NCBI GenBank assembly: GCA_965659115.1
Contig: CBFHUP010000005.1
Coordinates: forward strand, 257 to 64,256
DNA from: an uncultured Flavobacteriales bacterium
Lineage (GTDB): Bacteria; Bacteroidota; Bacteroidia; Flavobacteriales_D; Sanyastnellaceae
DNA length: 64,000 nucleotides
Direction of reading: 5' to 3'
Part shown: positions 18,268-27,367 of the stretch, piece after piece
How positions within the stretch are numbered: the stretch's first letter is position 1
How the letters are laid out: each line of letters begins with the position of its first letter
Translations under genes and position numbers: made by a program
Notes under the pieces: generated by a model
Told to the model about the DNA's origin: nothing
Database searches by the model: none
What the model saw: the letters and a program-made list of their open reading frames with translations, nothing else

Positions 18268-20492
18268 TGGCGGATAAACAGGGAGATTTGTCCAGTGCAT
18301 GGCCTGTAGATTGGATGGATGCTTTGCCATCCGCTGTGTTGTTGTTGTCCGAATCAGAAGTGGTCAACGCCAATGAGCGCGCCCGATTTTTGTTGGGATT
18401 GCACCGCGACTTTGAACCTTTTGATTGGCTGACTTCAGAGTTGTTTCAATGGCGCACTGAAGACAGAACCTACTATGACGCTTGTTGGGGAAATGTGGCT
18501 CAAGCTGAGCGCATTCCTGTGCGCATGGAGCTGGTGCTCCAACGTGGCGAGGAAAGGACTTTTCAGTGTGAGATCCGCTTGTCTCCTGGGCCCAATGGGA
18601 AGGGTTTGTTGCAGCTGGTGGACATCAGTGAGCAACAGTTCAGACAACAGGCGCTTCAAGACAGAGAAGCCCATTATCGGAGGTTGAATGACATTGCCCA
18701 AGAGGGCATTGTGTTGGTCCAGGACAATGTGGTGTTGGATGTGAACAGCCGTTTTTTGGTGATGATGGGATTGGATCACCCTGAAGAAGTTATCGGTGAC
18801 TCCATCAAGCAATTGGGTTTTAAACGCCTCGGAAACTTGGAACCCATTGTCGGGAGCGGCGTATTTGACAGGGCCGATTGGAACCTGACCAATAAATCGG
18901 GAGAAACACTCCACTTGGACATTGGCAAGGGCAAACTTGAGGATGGTCTTGAGGTGTGGATGATGTACGATGTCTCTGATCGCAAGCGCATTGAATTTGA
19001 CTTGGTGCAAGAGCGGGAACGGTTCCGTTTGCTCGTGCAGAGTTCGCCCAACGGGATTGTGTTGCTGGTAGATGAGATGGTGCGCTACGCCAACCCTGTC
19101 GCTCAAGGCTTGTTCGAAGACATAGACTTGGAGGGCATGAAGTTTGATGCACTTTTTCCAAAGTCCCTTTCTGAACGGATTGAAAACTCTGCCAAAGAGA
19201 CCAGGTTGGGCAGGGTGGTGGCCGAGTGGGAGGTTGAATTGCCAACGGGCAAGCGGATCATGCTGAAGTGGAAGTTGACCATTTTCGATGGCCAACCCGC
19301 TGTTCAGGTGAACCTGTCTGACGTGACTGACCGGTACTCATTGATGCAAGAGCGCATTCGTGCAGAGGTCGCTGAGGAGGCCAACCAACAGCTTACCCAA
19401 GAGATCGAGCAAAGGATTGCGGTTGAATCTGCATTGAAGGGAACGACGGCACGGCTGAGGTCTATTGTCGAATCGGGTGAAGATTTCATCATTTGGACGG
19501 CTGCAGCAGACCACGAAGTCACCAGTGCCAATGCGAACTTCGATCAGTGGCTTTCTTTAGAGGGAGATTCGGCAGAAAACGAATCCAGAAGTGATACCCT
19601 CAAGCAGCAGGTACTCGACAGTGTTGACCTCAATGGGTTTGACATCAAGGACCGCTTTTCAAGGGCATTGGCCGGGAAACCTCAGCGTTTTGAGTGGGCC
19701 ATAAGTCGGGATGAATTGGACGGCGGACGGCGCTGGCTGCAGTTGTTCTTGAACCCGATTGATTCCATTGGGGGCAAGGGGGAAATCAGTGCGATTGCAT
19801 ACGACATCACAGAACGGAAGCGCATTGACCGGAGAATCCGCGATGCTCTGAAGGAAAAGGAGATTTTGTTGCAGGAGGTGCACCACCGGGTCAAGAACAA
19901 CCTTCAGATCATCCACTCTATTCTGAACCTTCAGAAGAAGTTTGTAGATGATGAGAAGACGATCACGGGTCTGGAAGAAATCCAGAACAGGGTCTCTACA
20001 ATGAGCATCATTCACGAAACGCTGTACCAGAACACGGATGTGTCCAGAATTGGTTTTCCGAGTTACATCACACGAATTGCGGGCAACATCATTCAGAGCT
20101 ACAGGAGCGAGACGCAAGTTGAACTCGTGACTGAGCTTGAAGACATTGAAGCTCCATTGGATCAGGCCATTCCGTGTGGGTTGATCCTCAACGAATGGGT
20201 TTCAAATGCGATGAAATATGCGTTTGTAGGACGAAGTCAGGGCACCATTACCGTGAAATTGGGGGTGCAAGACGTACCGGATGTTGAAGCTGATGAGGAG
20301 GTCTCCATCGAGGTAAAAGACGACGGTGTAGGACTTCCTGAAGGGTTCGATTGGAGCGGCCGAGACTCGCTGGGTCTTTACCTCGTGCAGGCACTGAGCG
20401 AGCAGCTTGACGCCGAGTTGACCGCAGAATCCGACGGTGGTACCCGCTTTTTGATTAAATTTCGGCGACCTAAAAACCTGTTTGACGGATAA
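18264..20492 (+). CDS. Cytosolic multi-PAS sensor histidine kinase, HisKA_2 type
   Basis: No TM segment is apparent. PAS-like repeats are present. The H-box EVHHRVKNNLQIIHSILNLQ is of the HisKA_2 type. The HATPase motifs are NEWVSNAMKYAF, DDGVGLP and SLGLYLV. The start overlaps the MORN gene stop. Confidence 0.85.
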   Translation: MMADKQGDLSSAWPVDWMDALPSAVLLLSESEVVNANERARFLLGLHRDFEPFDWLTSELFQWRTEDRTYYDACWGNVAQAERIPVRMELVLQRGEERTFQCEIRLSPGPNGKGLLQLVDISEQQFRQQALQDREAHYRRLNDIAQEGIVLVQDNVVLDVNSRFLVMMGLDHPEEVIGDSIKQLGFKRLGNLEPIVGSGVFDRADWNLTNKSGETLHLDIGKGKLEDGLEVWMMYDVSDRKRIEFDLVQERERFRLLVQSSPNGIVLLVDEMVRYANPVAQGLFEDIDLEGMKFDALFPKSLSERIENSAKETRLGRVVAEWEVELPTGKRIMLKWKLTIFDGQPAVQVNLSDVTDRYSLMQERIRAEVAEEANQQLTQEIEQRIAVESALKGTTARLRSIVESGEDFIIWTAAADHEVTSANANFDQWLSLEGDSAENESRSDTLKQQVLDSVDLNGFDIKDRFSRALAGKPQRFEWAISRDELDGGRRWLQLFLNPIDSIGGKGEISAIAYDITERKRIDRRIRDALKEKEILLQEVHHRVKNNLQIIHSILNLQKKFVDDEKTITGLEEIQNRVSTMSIIHETLYQNTDVSRIGFPSYITRIAGNIIQSYRSETQVELVTELEDIEAPLDQAIPCGLILNEWVSNAMKYAFVGRSQGTITVKLGVQDVPDVEADEEVSIEVKDDGVGLPEGFDWSGRDSLGLYLVQALSEQLDAELTAESDGGTRFLIKFRRPKNLFDG

Positions 20493-20549
20493 TCGGTTCG
20501 AATTTATCGAACTATTCCACAGGTAGAGGTCACCTTAACCTGTAGCCAT

Positions 20550-21299
20550 ATGTCGATCAACATTCTGGTAACTGAGGACGAAAGCATCGTCCGCAAAGAC
20601 ATTGAACAAACCCTCGAGAAAATCGGGTACAACGTTGTCGGTGCTGCCGATAACGGTGAAGACGCGATTGACCTGGCGGTGCGGCTTCGGCCCGACGTGA
20701 TCCTGATGGACATCATGTTGAAAGGAGACATGAACGGCATTGCAGCTGCAGAGGAGATCAAGCGCACACTGGATGTGCCGATCATCTTCTTGACGGCTTA
20801 TGCAGACCGCAGCACTTTAGGAGAGGCCAAGCTTGCCGAGCCGCACGGATACATCTTGAAGCCATTCAAGGATGTTGATCTGCAGACCAGCATTGAGATG
20901 GCCATTCACAAATTTTCAAAGGAGCAAGAGGCGCGACTTGAAAATGAGTTTTTGAGGAACATGGCCGAGCATAAAGAATCGGCTGAGTATTTGTTCGTGA
21001 AGAACCGCAGCCGGTTGATGAAGATCGACCACAATGACCTGCTCTTTATTGAGGCATTGAAGGATTACGTTGTGGTCCACACTCCCGAGCAAAGCTTTAC
21101 CATTCACAGTACGATGAAGGACGTGGAGAACAAGCTGAGTGAGCGCCGTTTTATGCGGGTTCACAGGAGTTACATCGTGAACTTGGATGCCATTCACAGC
21201 ATCAAGTATTCCATGATCCAAGTGAGGGACATGGAGAAGGAGATACCCATTGGTGGCAGTTACAAGGACCTGCTTGCGAGCAGGATTAACTTGCTGTGA
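20550..21299 (+). CDS. LytTR-family response regulator (REC + LytTR DNA-binding domain)
   Basis: The REC domain shows ILVTEDE, PDVILMDIML and FLTAY. The C-terminal LytTR-like block is IDHNDLLFIEALKDYVVVHT...FMRVHRSYIVNL. Confidence 0.9.
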   Translation: MSINILVTEDESIVRKDIEQTLEKIGYNVVGAADNGEDAIDLAVRLRPDVILMDIMLKGDMNGIAAAEEIKRTLDVPIIFLTAYADRSTLGEAKLAEPHGYILKPFKDVDLQTSIEMAIHKFSKEQEARLENEFLRNMAEHKESAEYLFVKNRSRLMKIDHNDLLFIEALKDYVVVHTPEQSFTIHSTMKDVENKLSERRFMRVHRSYIVNLDAIHSIKYSMIQVRDMEKEIPIGGSYKDLLASRINLL

Positions 21300-21323
21300 C
21301 ACAGTAAAACACCTACAAAAAAG

Positions 21324-21355
21324 AAAACCCCGGAGACGAACTCCGGGGTTTTTTT
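21324..21355 (+). terminator. Intrinsic terminator, probably bidirectional
   Basis: The structure is AAAA-CCCCGGAG-acgaa-CTCCGGGG-TTTTTTT: a perfect 8-bp GC-rich stem flanked by an A-run and a T-run. It lies between the LytTR gene end and the 3' end of tRNA-Asn on the other strand. Confidence 0.85.
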
Positions 21356-21358
21356 GTG

Positions 21359-21432
21359 CTCCCCCACCTGGACTCGAACCAGGGACCTACTGATTAACAG
21401 TCAGTCGCTCTAACCAGCTGAGCTATAGGGGA
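21359..21432 (-). tRNA. tRNA-Asn (anticodon GTT)
   Basis: The reverse complement is TCCCCTATAGCTCAGCTGGTTAGAGCGACTGACTGTTAATCAGTAGGTCCCTGGTTCGAGTCCAGGTGGGGGAG. It folds by hand into a cloverleaf with anticodon loop CTGTTAA and T-loop TTCGAGT. CCA is not encoded. Confidence 0.95.
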
Positions 21433-21459
21433 ATGCTCAGTCCCTTAAAATAAGGAGCG

Positions 21460-21467
21460 CAAAGATA
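21460..21467 (-). promoter_or_regulatory. Candidate Bacteroidota sigma-A -7 box (TATCTTTG) for tRNA-Asn
   Basis: On the minus strand it is an exact match to the TAnnTTTG consensus, 28 nt upstream of the mature tRNA 5' end. Confidence 0.45.
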
Positions 21468-21517
21468 CGCTGTTTCTGTAATGATTGCAACGCTTCACGG
21501 CCCATAAAGCGGCACAC

Positions 21518-21525
21518 TATCTTTG
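21518..21525 (+). promoter_or_regulatory. Candidate -7 box (TATCTTTG) for the PfkB-family kinase gene
   Basis: It is an exact TAnnTTTG match ending 18 nt before the ATG at 21544. The same octamer forms the divergent tRNA-Asn box. Confidence 0.45.
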
Positions 21526-21543
21526 CAGCTGATTATTTGAGAC

Positions 21544-22506
21544 ATGTCATTTGATTCTTCTTCTGTGCTCGCGGTGGGTTCCGTTGCGTTCGATACCGTT
21601 AAGACTCCGTTTGGCTCTCGTGAGCGCATGATCGGTGGTGCAGGTACATACATAGGATGGTCAGCGAGTATGCTGGGTGTTCAAACGGGTTTGGTTAGTG
21701 TGGTGGGCGATGACTTTCCACAGGAGGAACTGAACCGCATGCAGCATGCAGGCGTGTTGGTCGAGGGCATTGAGCGCAAGGCTGGCGAGAAGAGTTTTTT
21801 CTGGTCTGGCTCATACCACATGGATATGAACGGAAGGGACACCTTGGAGACAGAGCTCAACGTGCTTGCGAACTTCAACCCCGTCATTCCTCAGGAGTGG
21901 AAATTGGCCAAGTGGTTGATGCTGGGCAATATTGACCCCAAGTTGCAGGCTTCTGTTCTCGATCAATTGGAGGAGCGGCCCCAGCTTGTGGTGTTGGATA
22001 CCATGAACTTTTGGATGGACATCGCCATGGAGCCCCTGAAGGCAGTCATTGCCAGGGTGGACGTTTTGACGATCAACGATGAAGAAGCCCGTCAGCTTTC
22101 AGGCGAGCGCAGCTTGATCAAAGCGGCCCGTTGTATTCTGGACATGGGCCCGCGCTACTTGATCATTAAGAAGGGGGAACACGGCGCGCTGTTGTTTCAC
22201 CAAGGAGATACCGGGTTGGATTACTTCTTTTGTCCCGCGCTTCCATTGGAAGAGGTGGTAGACCCTACAGGAGCGGGAGACTCCTTTGCCGGTGGATTCA
22301 TTGGACACCTGGCCTCTGTAGGACAGACGGACTTTGAGGCGATGAAGGAGGCGGTTGTTGTGGGCAGCGCCTTGGCGAGCTTTACCTGTGAAGCTTTTGG
22401 GTCAGAAGGCATTTCTGCTGTTGACCCTGTCGCGTTGAATGAGCGGTTGGCTCAATTCAGAAAGATGACACGTTGGGAAGAGCAGAAGGTCGCATTGGCC
22501 CTTTGA
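21544..22506 (+). CDS. PfkB-family carbohydrate/nucleoside kinase
   Basis: The 320-aa protein has the C-terminal PfkB signature DPTGAGDSFAGGFIG and N-terminal GGAGTY. Confidence 0.85.
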   Translation: MSFDSSSVLAVGSVAFDTVKTPFGSRERMIGGAGTYIGWSASMLGVQTGLVSVVGDDFPQEELNRMQHAGVLVEGIERKAGEKSFFWSGSYHMDMNGRDTLETELNVLANFNPVIPQEWKLAKWLMLGNIDPKLQASVLDQLEERPQLVVLDTMNFWMDIAMEPLKAVIARVDVLTINDEEARQLSGERSLIKAARCILDMGPRYLIIKKGEHGALLFHQGDTGLDYFFCPALPLEEVVDPTGAGDSFAGGFIGHLASVGQTDFEAMKEAVVVGSALASFTCEAFGSEGISAVDPVALNERLAQFRKMTRWEEQKVALAL

Positions 22507-22514
22507 TTTGACCC

Positions 22515-23390
22515 TCAAGAACTCAAATTGACCCGCAAAGCAGGGTCGATGGGAACACCGCGTTCCCACCACTCAAAGTGAAGGTGGGGGCCCGTGCTGT
22601 GGTCTCCCGAATTTCCGATAATGGCAACGACCTCGCCTTGGGTCACACGGTCGCCAGCGCTGACTTCGAGTCTGCTGTTGTGCATGTATACTGAAAGTTT
22701 GTCCCCGGCGTGTTGAAGGATCACGGTGTGTCCGCCGCCGGCAGTAAACCCGGCAAAAACGACGGTGCCTGACCCCGCAGCCTTGACGGGACTGTTCTCT
22801 GGAGCGACAAGGTCAATGCCCCAGTGCCCCACGGCGGGATTCCAACCATCTGATATTTGCCCATCTACGGGAGACAGCCACAAACCGGTGTTGTCCAGTC
22901 CTCCGCTGCGCCCAATAGAAAAAGCGTCTTCCTCGGCCACTTCTATGCGCAAGCGTTCCAACGAGGGGTTGGTGTTTTCGGCCGCCGATGGACCATTGGC
23001 TGTTGGTGTCTCTTCGGGGGTTTCCATGAGGGATTCAGGGGAGAGTCGGCCTTCGATCACCGCAATCATGTTCTCCAAGTATTGGGCCTGAATGTTCAGT
23101 TCGCGGGAAAGTGAGTCGGTTGCCATCCACGCCTCTTTTTGCATTTGTCGCGTTTCGGTGGATACATACCCCGGTACCACCCATTCCCGCAAAGGGGTCA
23201 GCGCGATGATGGCGTAAGTCAAACCGATGATGGCAACCACTGTGGCTGCTGCCATCCACCGCAGTTGACCGGGCTTTACACGGAGTGCCCACTTTTCTGC
23301 AAAGGTCCCTTCCTCTTGCAAAATCAGCCGGTAGTCGTTGCGTTTTTGAGGCCTGCGCTTGGACGTTTGATGTGGCTTATTTGATTTCAT
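22515..23390 (-). CDS. M23-family peptidoglycan metalloendopeptidase with N-terminal membrane anchor
   Basis: Motifs HWGIDLVAP and GNSGDHSTGPHLHFEWW are present. A TM helix is near the N-terminus (WMAAATVVAIIGLTYAIIAL). Confidence 0.85.
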   Translation of the reverse strand: MKSNKPHQTSKRRPQKRNDYRLILQEEGTFAEKWALRVKPGQLRWMAAATVVAIIGLTYAIIALTPLREWVVPGYVSTETRQMQKEAWMATDSLSRELNIQAQYLENMIAVIEGRLSPESLMETPEETPTANGPSAAENTNPSLERLRIEVAEEDAFSIGRSGGLDNTGLWLSPVDGQISDGWNPAVGHWGIDLVAPENSPVKAAGSGTVVFAGFTAGGGHTVILQHAGDKLSVYMHNSRLEVSAGDRVTQGEVVAIIGNSGDHSTGPHLHFEWWERGVPIDPALRVNLSS

Positions 23391-23537
23391 CTGGGGTCAA
23401 AGATGGCAGAGAACAATTCAGTGTGCCGTGTATTTTGCAGACGGGGCGGTTCTATTGCAATATTTTCGCGGCAGTTGAGTTGGCACATCGCAGTGCTGCA
23501 CATCATGCATCGAATCCCTACACCCAATCACCAGCCC

Positions 23538-26216
23538 ATGAAAACCAGATGGAGGAGTCTGTTTTCAGGGCGGGTTGTGTTTTCACTCCTGGTCGTGTTT
23601 ACCGTGATTTGGACCGGTTGTACCACCCAGCGGGATGGCCGGTTTTATCGGGCTTACCACAACACAACCTCTCGGTTCAATGGCTTCCACTTTGCGCGCT
23701 TGGCCATGGAAGAGGCTGACCAAAAGTTGGCGGAATCGCAGGAAGAAAATTGGGACGAAGTCATCCCCCTGTTCCTTTACGGTACGGAGGACCAGGCGGA
23801 CTTTTTGTATCCCTTGATGGAACGGGCGATTGAGAAATGCTCACGCGTTGTGGACCGACACGCCATGACGCCACCCTCCAGTTTGAAGAAAGACTTCAAG
23901 CGCCCTCAACTCAACCGGTGGATTGACGACAACTACACGATCATCGGAAAGGGCCACTTCTACAAAGGGGACTTTGTAAAGGCAGAGGAGGTGTTCAAGT
24001 ATTTGCAGCGAAAGCACAAAGAACCAGACAGCCAGGTGGCGGCGGGTGCTTGGTTGGCGAGGACGTACATGGCGCTGGAGAACATGCCCAAGGCCAACTC
24101 GGCATTGCTTAAGGCGGTGGGCGAGCGGGATGCCTCAGATGAATTGCGTGCAGACGCGTTTTTGGTCCAAGCGGACTTTCAGTTGACCCAAAGCAACTTC
24201 GAAGAGGCGATCGCTTCTATTGAAAGGGCGATTCCCTTGATCAAAAAGAAGAAGGACAGGGCCCGGCCCATGTTTGTTTTGGCCCAACTCAAGCAGCGCT
24301 ATGGGAGAAATCAGCAGGCCATTGACCTGTTCGAGGATGTGGTCAAATTGAAGACCCCGTATGAGATGGAGTTCCAGGCCCGCATGCAGCAGGCCTTGGC
24401 GTACGACAGGAGGGGGGGAAGAAGCGAAGAGATCAGGGAGTTGTTCTTTGATATGCTCGACGACGACAAGAACGAAGCGTACAGAGATCAGGTCTATTAC
24501 GCCTTGGCCCAAATTGAGTTGGAAGAGCTCAACAGAGAAGAGGGCATGGAGTACTTGCGGGACGCTTTGGACGAAGATTCGGGCAACCGGAGGCCCCGCA
24601 TGAAGAGTTTTTTGGCGCTGGCAGACCTGCACCTTGAGGACCGGTCCTATGAATTGGCCCAGGCTTATTACGACAGCACGTTGGCCAACATGGACGAGGA
24701 CCACCCGCGCTATGCCGAGGTGCGCAACAATGCCAAGAGTCTGACTGAGCTGGTAGAGCAGCTGATTGTGATCGTCCGCAATGACAGCCTGAGGGAGTTG
24801 TGTGACCTGGATGAAGACGCGCGGTTTGCGCGGTTGGAAGACATCATTGAAGACTTAAGATTGGCTCAGGAAGAGGCGGCAGAAGAGGCGGAACGCCTTG
24901 CTGAGGAAGCCATTCAAGCGAGCTTTAATGGACCGGGGAGTGCCACGGCTTTTTGGCCCTACAACCCGCGTTTGAGAACGGCGGGGCAGTCCTTTTTTGT
25001 GGACCGCTGGGGAGACAGGGCTTTAGAAGACGACTGGCGGCGAAGCCGAAAAATGGCGGCCGCGTTTGGAACGATTGAAGACGTTGCAGATGATGTGGTC
25101 TCTGTTGACCTGTTGTCTTCGGGCGGAGAGTTGCCAACCCCTGAAGAGCTGATGGAAGGCCTTCCTTGTGAAGAGGAGCAGCGCATTGAAGCCGACGTAG
25201 AGACGGCCACAGCGGTGTACCAAAGCGGGGTCATTTACAAGGAGAAGCTCGAAGACACGGACAACGCCATCGAGGCTTGGTTGGACCTGTTGGACCGGTT
25301 CGAGGAAAGCGGAGAGCATCCGTTGGCCCACTATCAATTGTACCGAACCTACTTGTTTTTGGAGGAGACGGAGAACTATGCGAACCCGTTTTGCAGCACC
25401 TGCAACTCCCAATACTGGGCCGATCAAATTTCATTGCGGTACCCGGACAGTGAATGGGCTCAACTTGTGGAGGACCCCGACTTCGTGGACTTTGAAGAGC
25501 AGCGCAGGTTGGATGAGCTCGCGGCGTACGAGGCACACATTATTCGCTACTATTCCCAAAAGGACTACCAGGCGATTTTGACAGAAGTGAACGCCACCTT
25601 GGATACCGTTCCCAATCACACACAGGAATGCCGGTACCGCTTTTTAAGGGCCCAGTGCATCGGATGGTTGGATGGCCGAGCCCGAAGCCGGGACAACTAC
25701 ATCGACGCCCTCAAGGAGGTGGTTGCTGGCTGTGACTCTACCGAACAAGGGATGGCCGCTCAGGAAATTCTGGCCGGTTTAGGTGCAGGGGAGAAGGGGC
25801 CGAAAACCAAGGAGGGAGAAGGGATTCCGACCATGCCAGAAATGGGCAACTACACGGACAAGCCTGTTTTGGAGCACTACCTCGGTGTGATCATACCCGT
25901 AAAGGATGGCGATGCCGAAGGCACGAAGGCGGCGTTGTCGGATTTCAACCGGCAATATTTTGCCAGCAGTGAACTCAAGGTGACGAGCAACCTTCTCGAC
26001 CGTGAGAACCAGTTGGTGTTGGTCAAGCAGTTTGTCAGAAAGGACAGGGCGATGGATTACTACCGCGTACTTACCGGCAACCGCGAATCCATGATTGAAT
26101 TCAACACCAGTGGTTACAAGACCTTCGTCATCCACACCGAGAACTATGTCGAGCTCTTTAAGAGTAAAAATGTGGACGGATACCGCATGTTCTTCGACCA
26201 ATATTATCTTCGGTAG
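23538..26216 (+). CDS. TPR-repeat lipoprotein, PorW/SprE-like (T9SS/gliding-associated)
   Basis: The ORF opens at 23403, but the Met at 23538 gives a lipoprotein signal (MKTRWRSLFSGRVVFSLLVVFTVIWTGC). The N-terminal RFYRAYHNTTSRFNGFHFA block and multiple TPR-like helices match what I recall of SprE/PorW lipoproteins. The family name is tentative. Confidence 0.65.
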   Translation: MKTRWRSLFSGRVVFSLLVVFTVIWTGCTTQRDGRFYRAYHNTTSRFNGFHFARLAMEEADQKLAESQEENWDEVIPLFLYGTEDQADFLYPLMERAIEKCSRVVDRHAMTPPSSLKKDFKRPQLNRWIDDNYTIIGKGHFYKGDFVKAEEVFKYLQRKHKEPDSQVAAGAWLARTYMALENMPKANSALLKAVGERDASDELRADAFLVQADFQLTQSNFEEAIASIERAIPLIKKKKDRARPMFVLAQLKQRYGRNQQAIDLFEDVVKLKTPYEMEFQARMQQALAYDRRGGRSEEIRELFFDMLDDDKNEAYRDQVYYALAQIELEELNREEGMEYLRDALDEDSGNRRPRMKSFLALADLHLEDRSYELAQAYYDSTLANMDEDHPRYAEVRNNAKSLTELVEQLIVIVRNDSLRELCDLDEDARFARLEDIIEDLRLAQEEAAEEAERLAEEAIQASFNGPGSATAFWPYNPRLRTAGQSFFVDRWGDRALEDDWRRSRKMAAAFGTIEDVADDVVSVDLLSSGGELPTPEELMEGLPCEEEQRIEADVETATAVYQSGVIYKEKLEDTDNAIEAWLDLLDRFEESGEHPLAHYQLYRTYLFLEETENYANPFCSTCNSQYWADQISLRYPDSEWAQLVEDPDFVDFEEQRRLDELAAYEAHIIRYYSQKDYQAILTEVNATLDTVPNHTQECRYRFLRAQCIGWLDGRARSRDNYIDALKEVVAGCDSTEQGMAAQEILAGLGAGEKGPKTKEGEGIPTMPEMGNYTDKPVLEHYLGVIIPVKDGDAEGTKAALSDFNRQYFASSELKVTSNLLDRENQLVLVKQFVRKDRAMDYYRVLTGNRESMIEFNTSGYKTFVIHTENYVELFKSKNVDGYRMFFDQYYLR

Positions 26217-26255
26217 TGAAAGTCTGCTGAGGAAGGCGACAGGACCACATCAACC

Positions 26256-26687
26256 ATGGCACGACAGCGCACCAACGAAGTTTCCCTGGAGCAGGGCATC
26301 AACCGCATTGTAGAGGGTACCCACATGGAGGGCACCATCCGCAGTGAAGGCAGCATTCGTATCGATGGATCCTTCAAGGGTGACATCCACACCGCAGGCC
26401 GTTTGGTGATTGGAAAATCAGGGCGTGTAGAGGGTCGTGTCGACTGTATGGATTGTGAGTCCGAGGGCCTTGTGTTGGGTGAGTTGAGGGTAGCAGGACT
26501 GTTGAGTCTCAAGGCGTCGAGCCGTGTCGATGGAGAAATTCAATACGGCAGAATGGCGGTAGAAGCCGGAGCCCAGGTCGTAGGTACCTGCAGGTTGGAC
26601 GGAGAGCAAGACTTGCAGTTGACCACGAAAGAACGTGGCACCAGGATTGAAGATGCCCAAGAGTCGCGCCTCCAGCAATCCGCCTAA
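26256..26687 (+). CDS. Bactofilin-family (polymer-forming cytoskeletal) protein
   Basis: The 143-aa protein shows repetitive beta-helix windings: GTIRSEGSIRIDGSFKGDIHTAGRLVIGKSGRVEGRVDCMDCESEGLVLGELRVAG..VDGEIQYGRMAVEAGAQVVG. Confidence 0.85.
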   Translation: MARQRTNEVSLEQGINRIVEGTHMEGTIRSEGSIRIDGSFKGDIHTAGRLVIGKSGRVEGRVDCMDCESEGLVLGELRVAGLLSLKASSRVDGEIQYGRMAVEAGAQVVGTCRLDGEQDLQLTTKERGTRIEDAQESRLQQSA

Positions 26688-26877
26688 GGGCAACAGAGGG
26701 GTGATGCGCCACATGGGACTCGCAGTGACGCTTGCGGCAGGCATTGGCGGAGGAGCGTGGTTGGGCAGTCTGTGGGACGAATCTTCAGGACATGATGTAC
26801 AATGGGCTACCGCGTTGTGCGCCATGTTGGGTTTGGCCGCCTCTTTAACGGTGGTTTTTCAAGACATCAAGCGATGA
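26653..26877 (+). CDS. AtpZ/AtpI-family small membrane protein (ATP synthase operon leader gene)
   Basis: It has a basic N-terminus followed by two TM helices (GLAVTLAAGIGGGAWLGSLWD, ATALCAMLGLAASLTVVF) and sits directly upstream of the atp genes. The start is uncertain (26635, 26653 or 26704). With 26653 it overlaps the bactofilin gene by 35 nt. Confidence 0.6.
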   Translation: MPKSRASSNPPKGNRGVMRHMGLAVTLAAGIGGGAWLGSLWDESSGHDVQWATALCAMLGLAASLTVVFQDIKR

Positions 26878-27254
26878 AATTTCATGTGATGAACGCCCTG
26901 ACTGCGGCAGCGGGGTTGATTTTGGTGTCTACGTTGGGAGAACCCTTGTTGACGGATGCCGTGCGGATGCCGCTCCAAGGCGTGGTGTTGGTCTTCACGC
27001 TTGTGACGATTGTCCTCGAGCGCATGCTTCGGCCCAAAAAGGGGGTTACGCCAGGGGCCCTTGTGAGAAACGTGATGGGAGCCACCTTGATCAAAATGAT
27101 GCTGGTGATGACCGGAATCTTGATTTATGTCGTGATGGACTTCCCTGACCCGAGAAACTTTGCGGTTGCGACATACCTCTTGTATGCCGCATTCACAGCG
27201 ATTCTGGTAGCAGAATCTATGCGTCATTCTGTGCCACCAACGGACGACGTTTGA
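26874..27254 (+). CDS. Four-TM membrane protein of the atp operon (AtpI-like position, family unknown)
   Basis: The ATGA start overlaps the AtpZ stop. The 126-aa product is hydrophobic and lies between atpZ and atpB. Confidence 0.55.
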   Translation: MKFHVMNALTAAAGLILVSTLGEPLLTDAVRMPLQGVVLVFTLVTIVLERMLRPKKGVTPGALVRNVMGATLIKMMLVMTGILIYVVMDFPDPRNFAVATYLLYAAFTAILVAESMRHSVPPTDDV

Positions 27255-27367
27255 TAGTTCTGTGCTCTCTGATGCGAAAAGGGGAGGGGGTAAGGAATGC
27301 GGGGGCTATCTTCGCACCCAAATTCGCTACGGCGATGTCGAATACTACCCGGCCATACAACGGCATT

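Noticed and set aside
23403-23537. N-terminal ORF extensions in the track: 45 codons before the SprE-like lipoprotein signal, 39503-39646 on the cyclase gene, 58348-58386 on the acetyltransferase gene and 27251-27367 on atpB.
   Set aside because: The extensions precede clean signal peptides, run through an intrinsic terminator (39535-39570), overlap tRNA-Leu, or start at a TTG overlapping the previous gene. Internal Met starts are more plausible.
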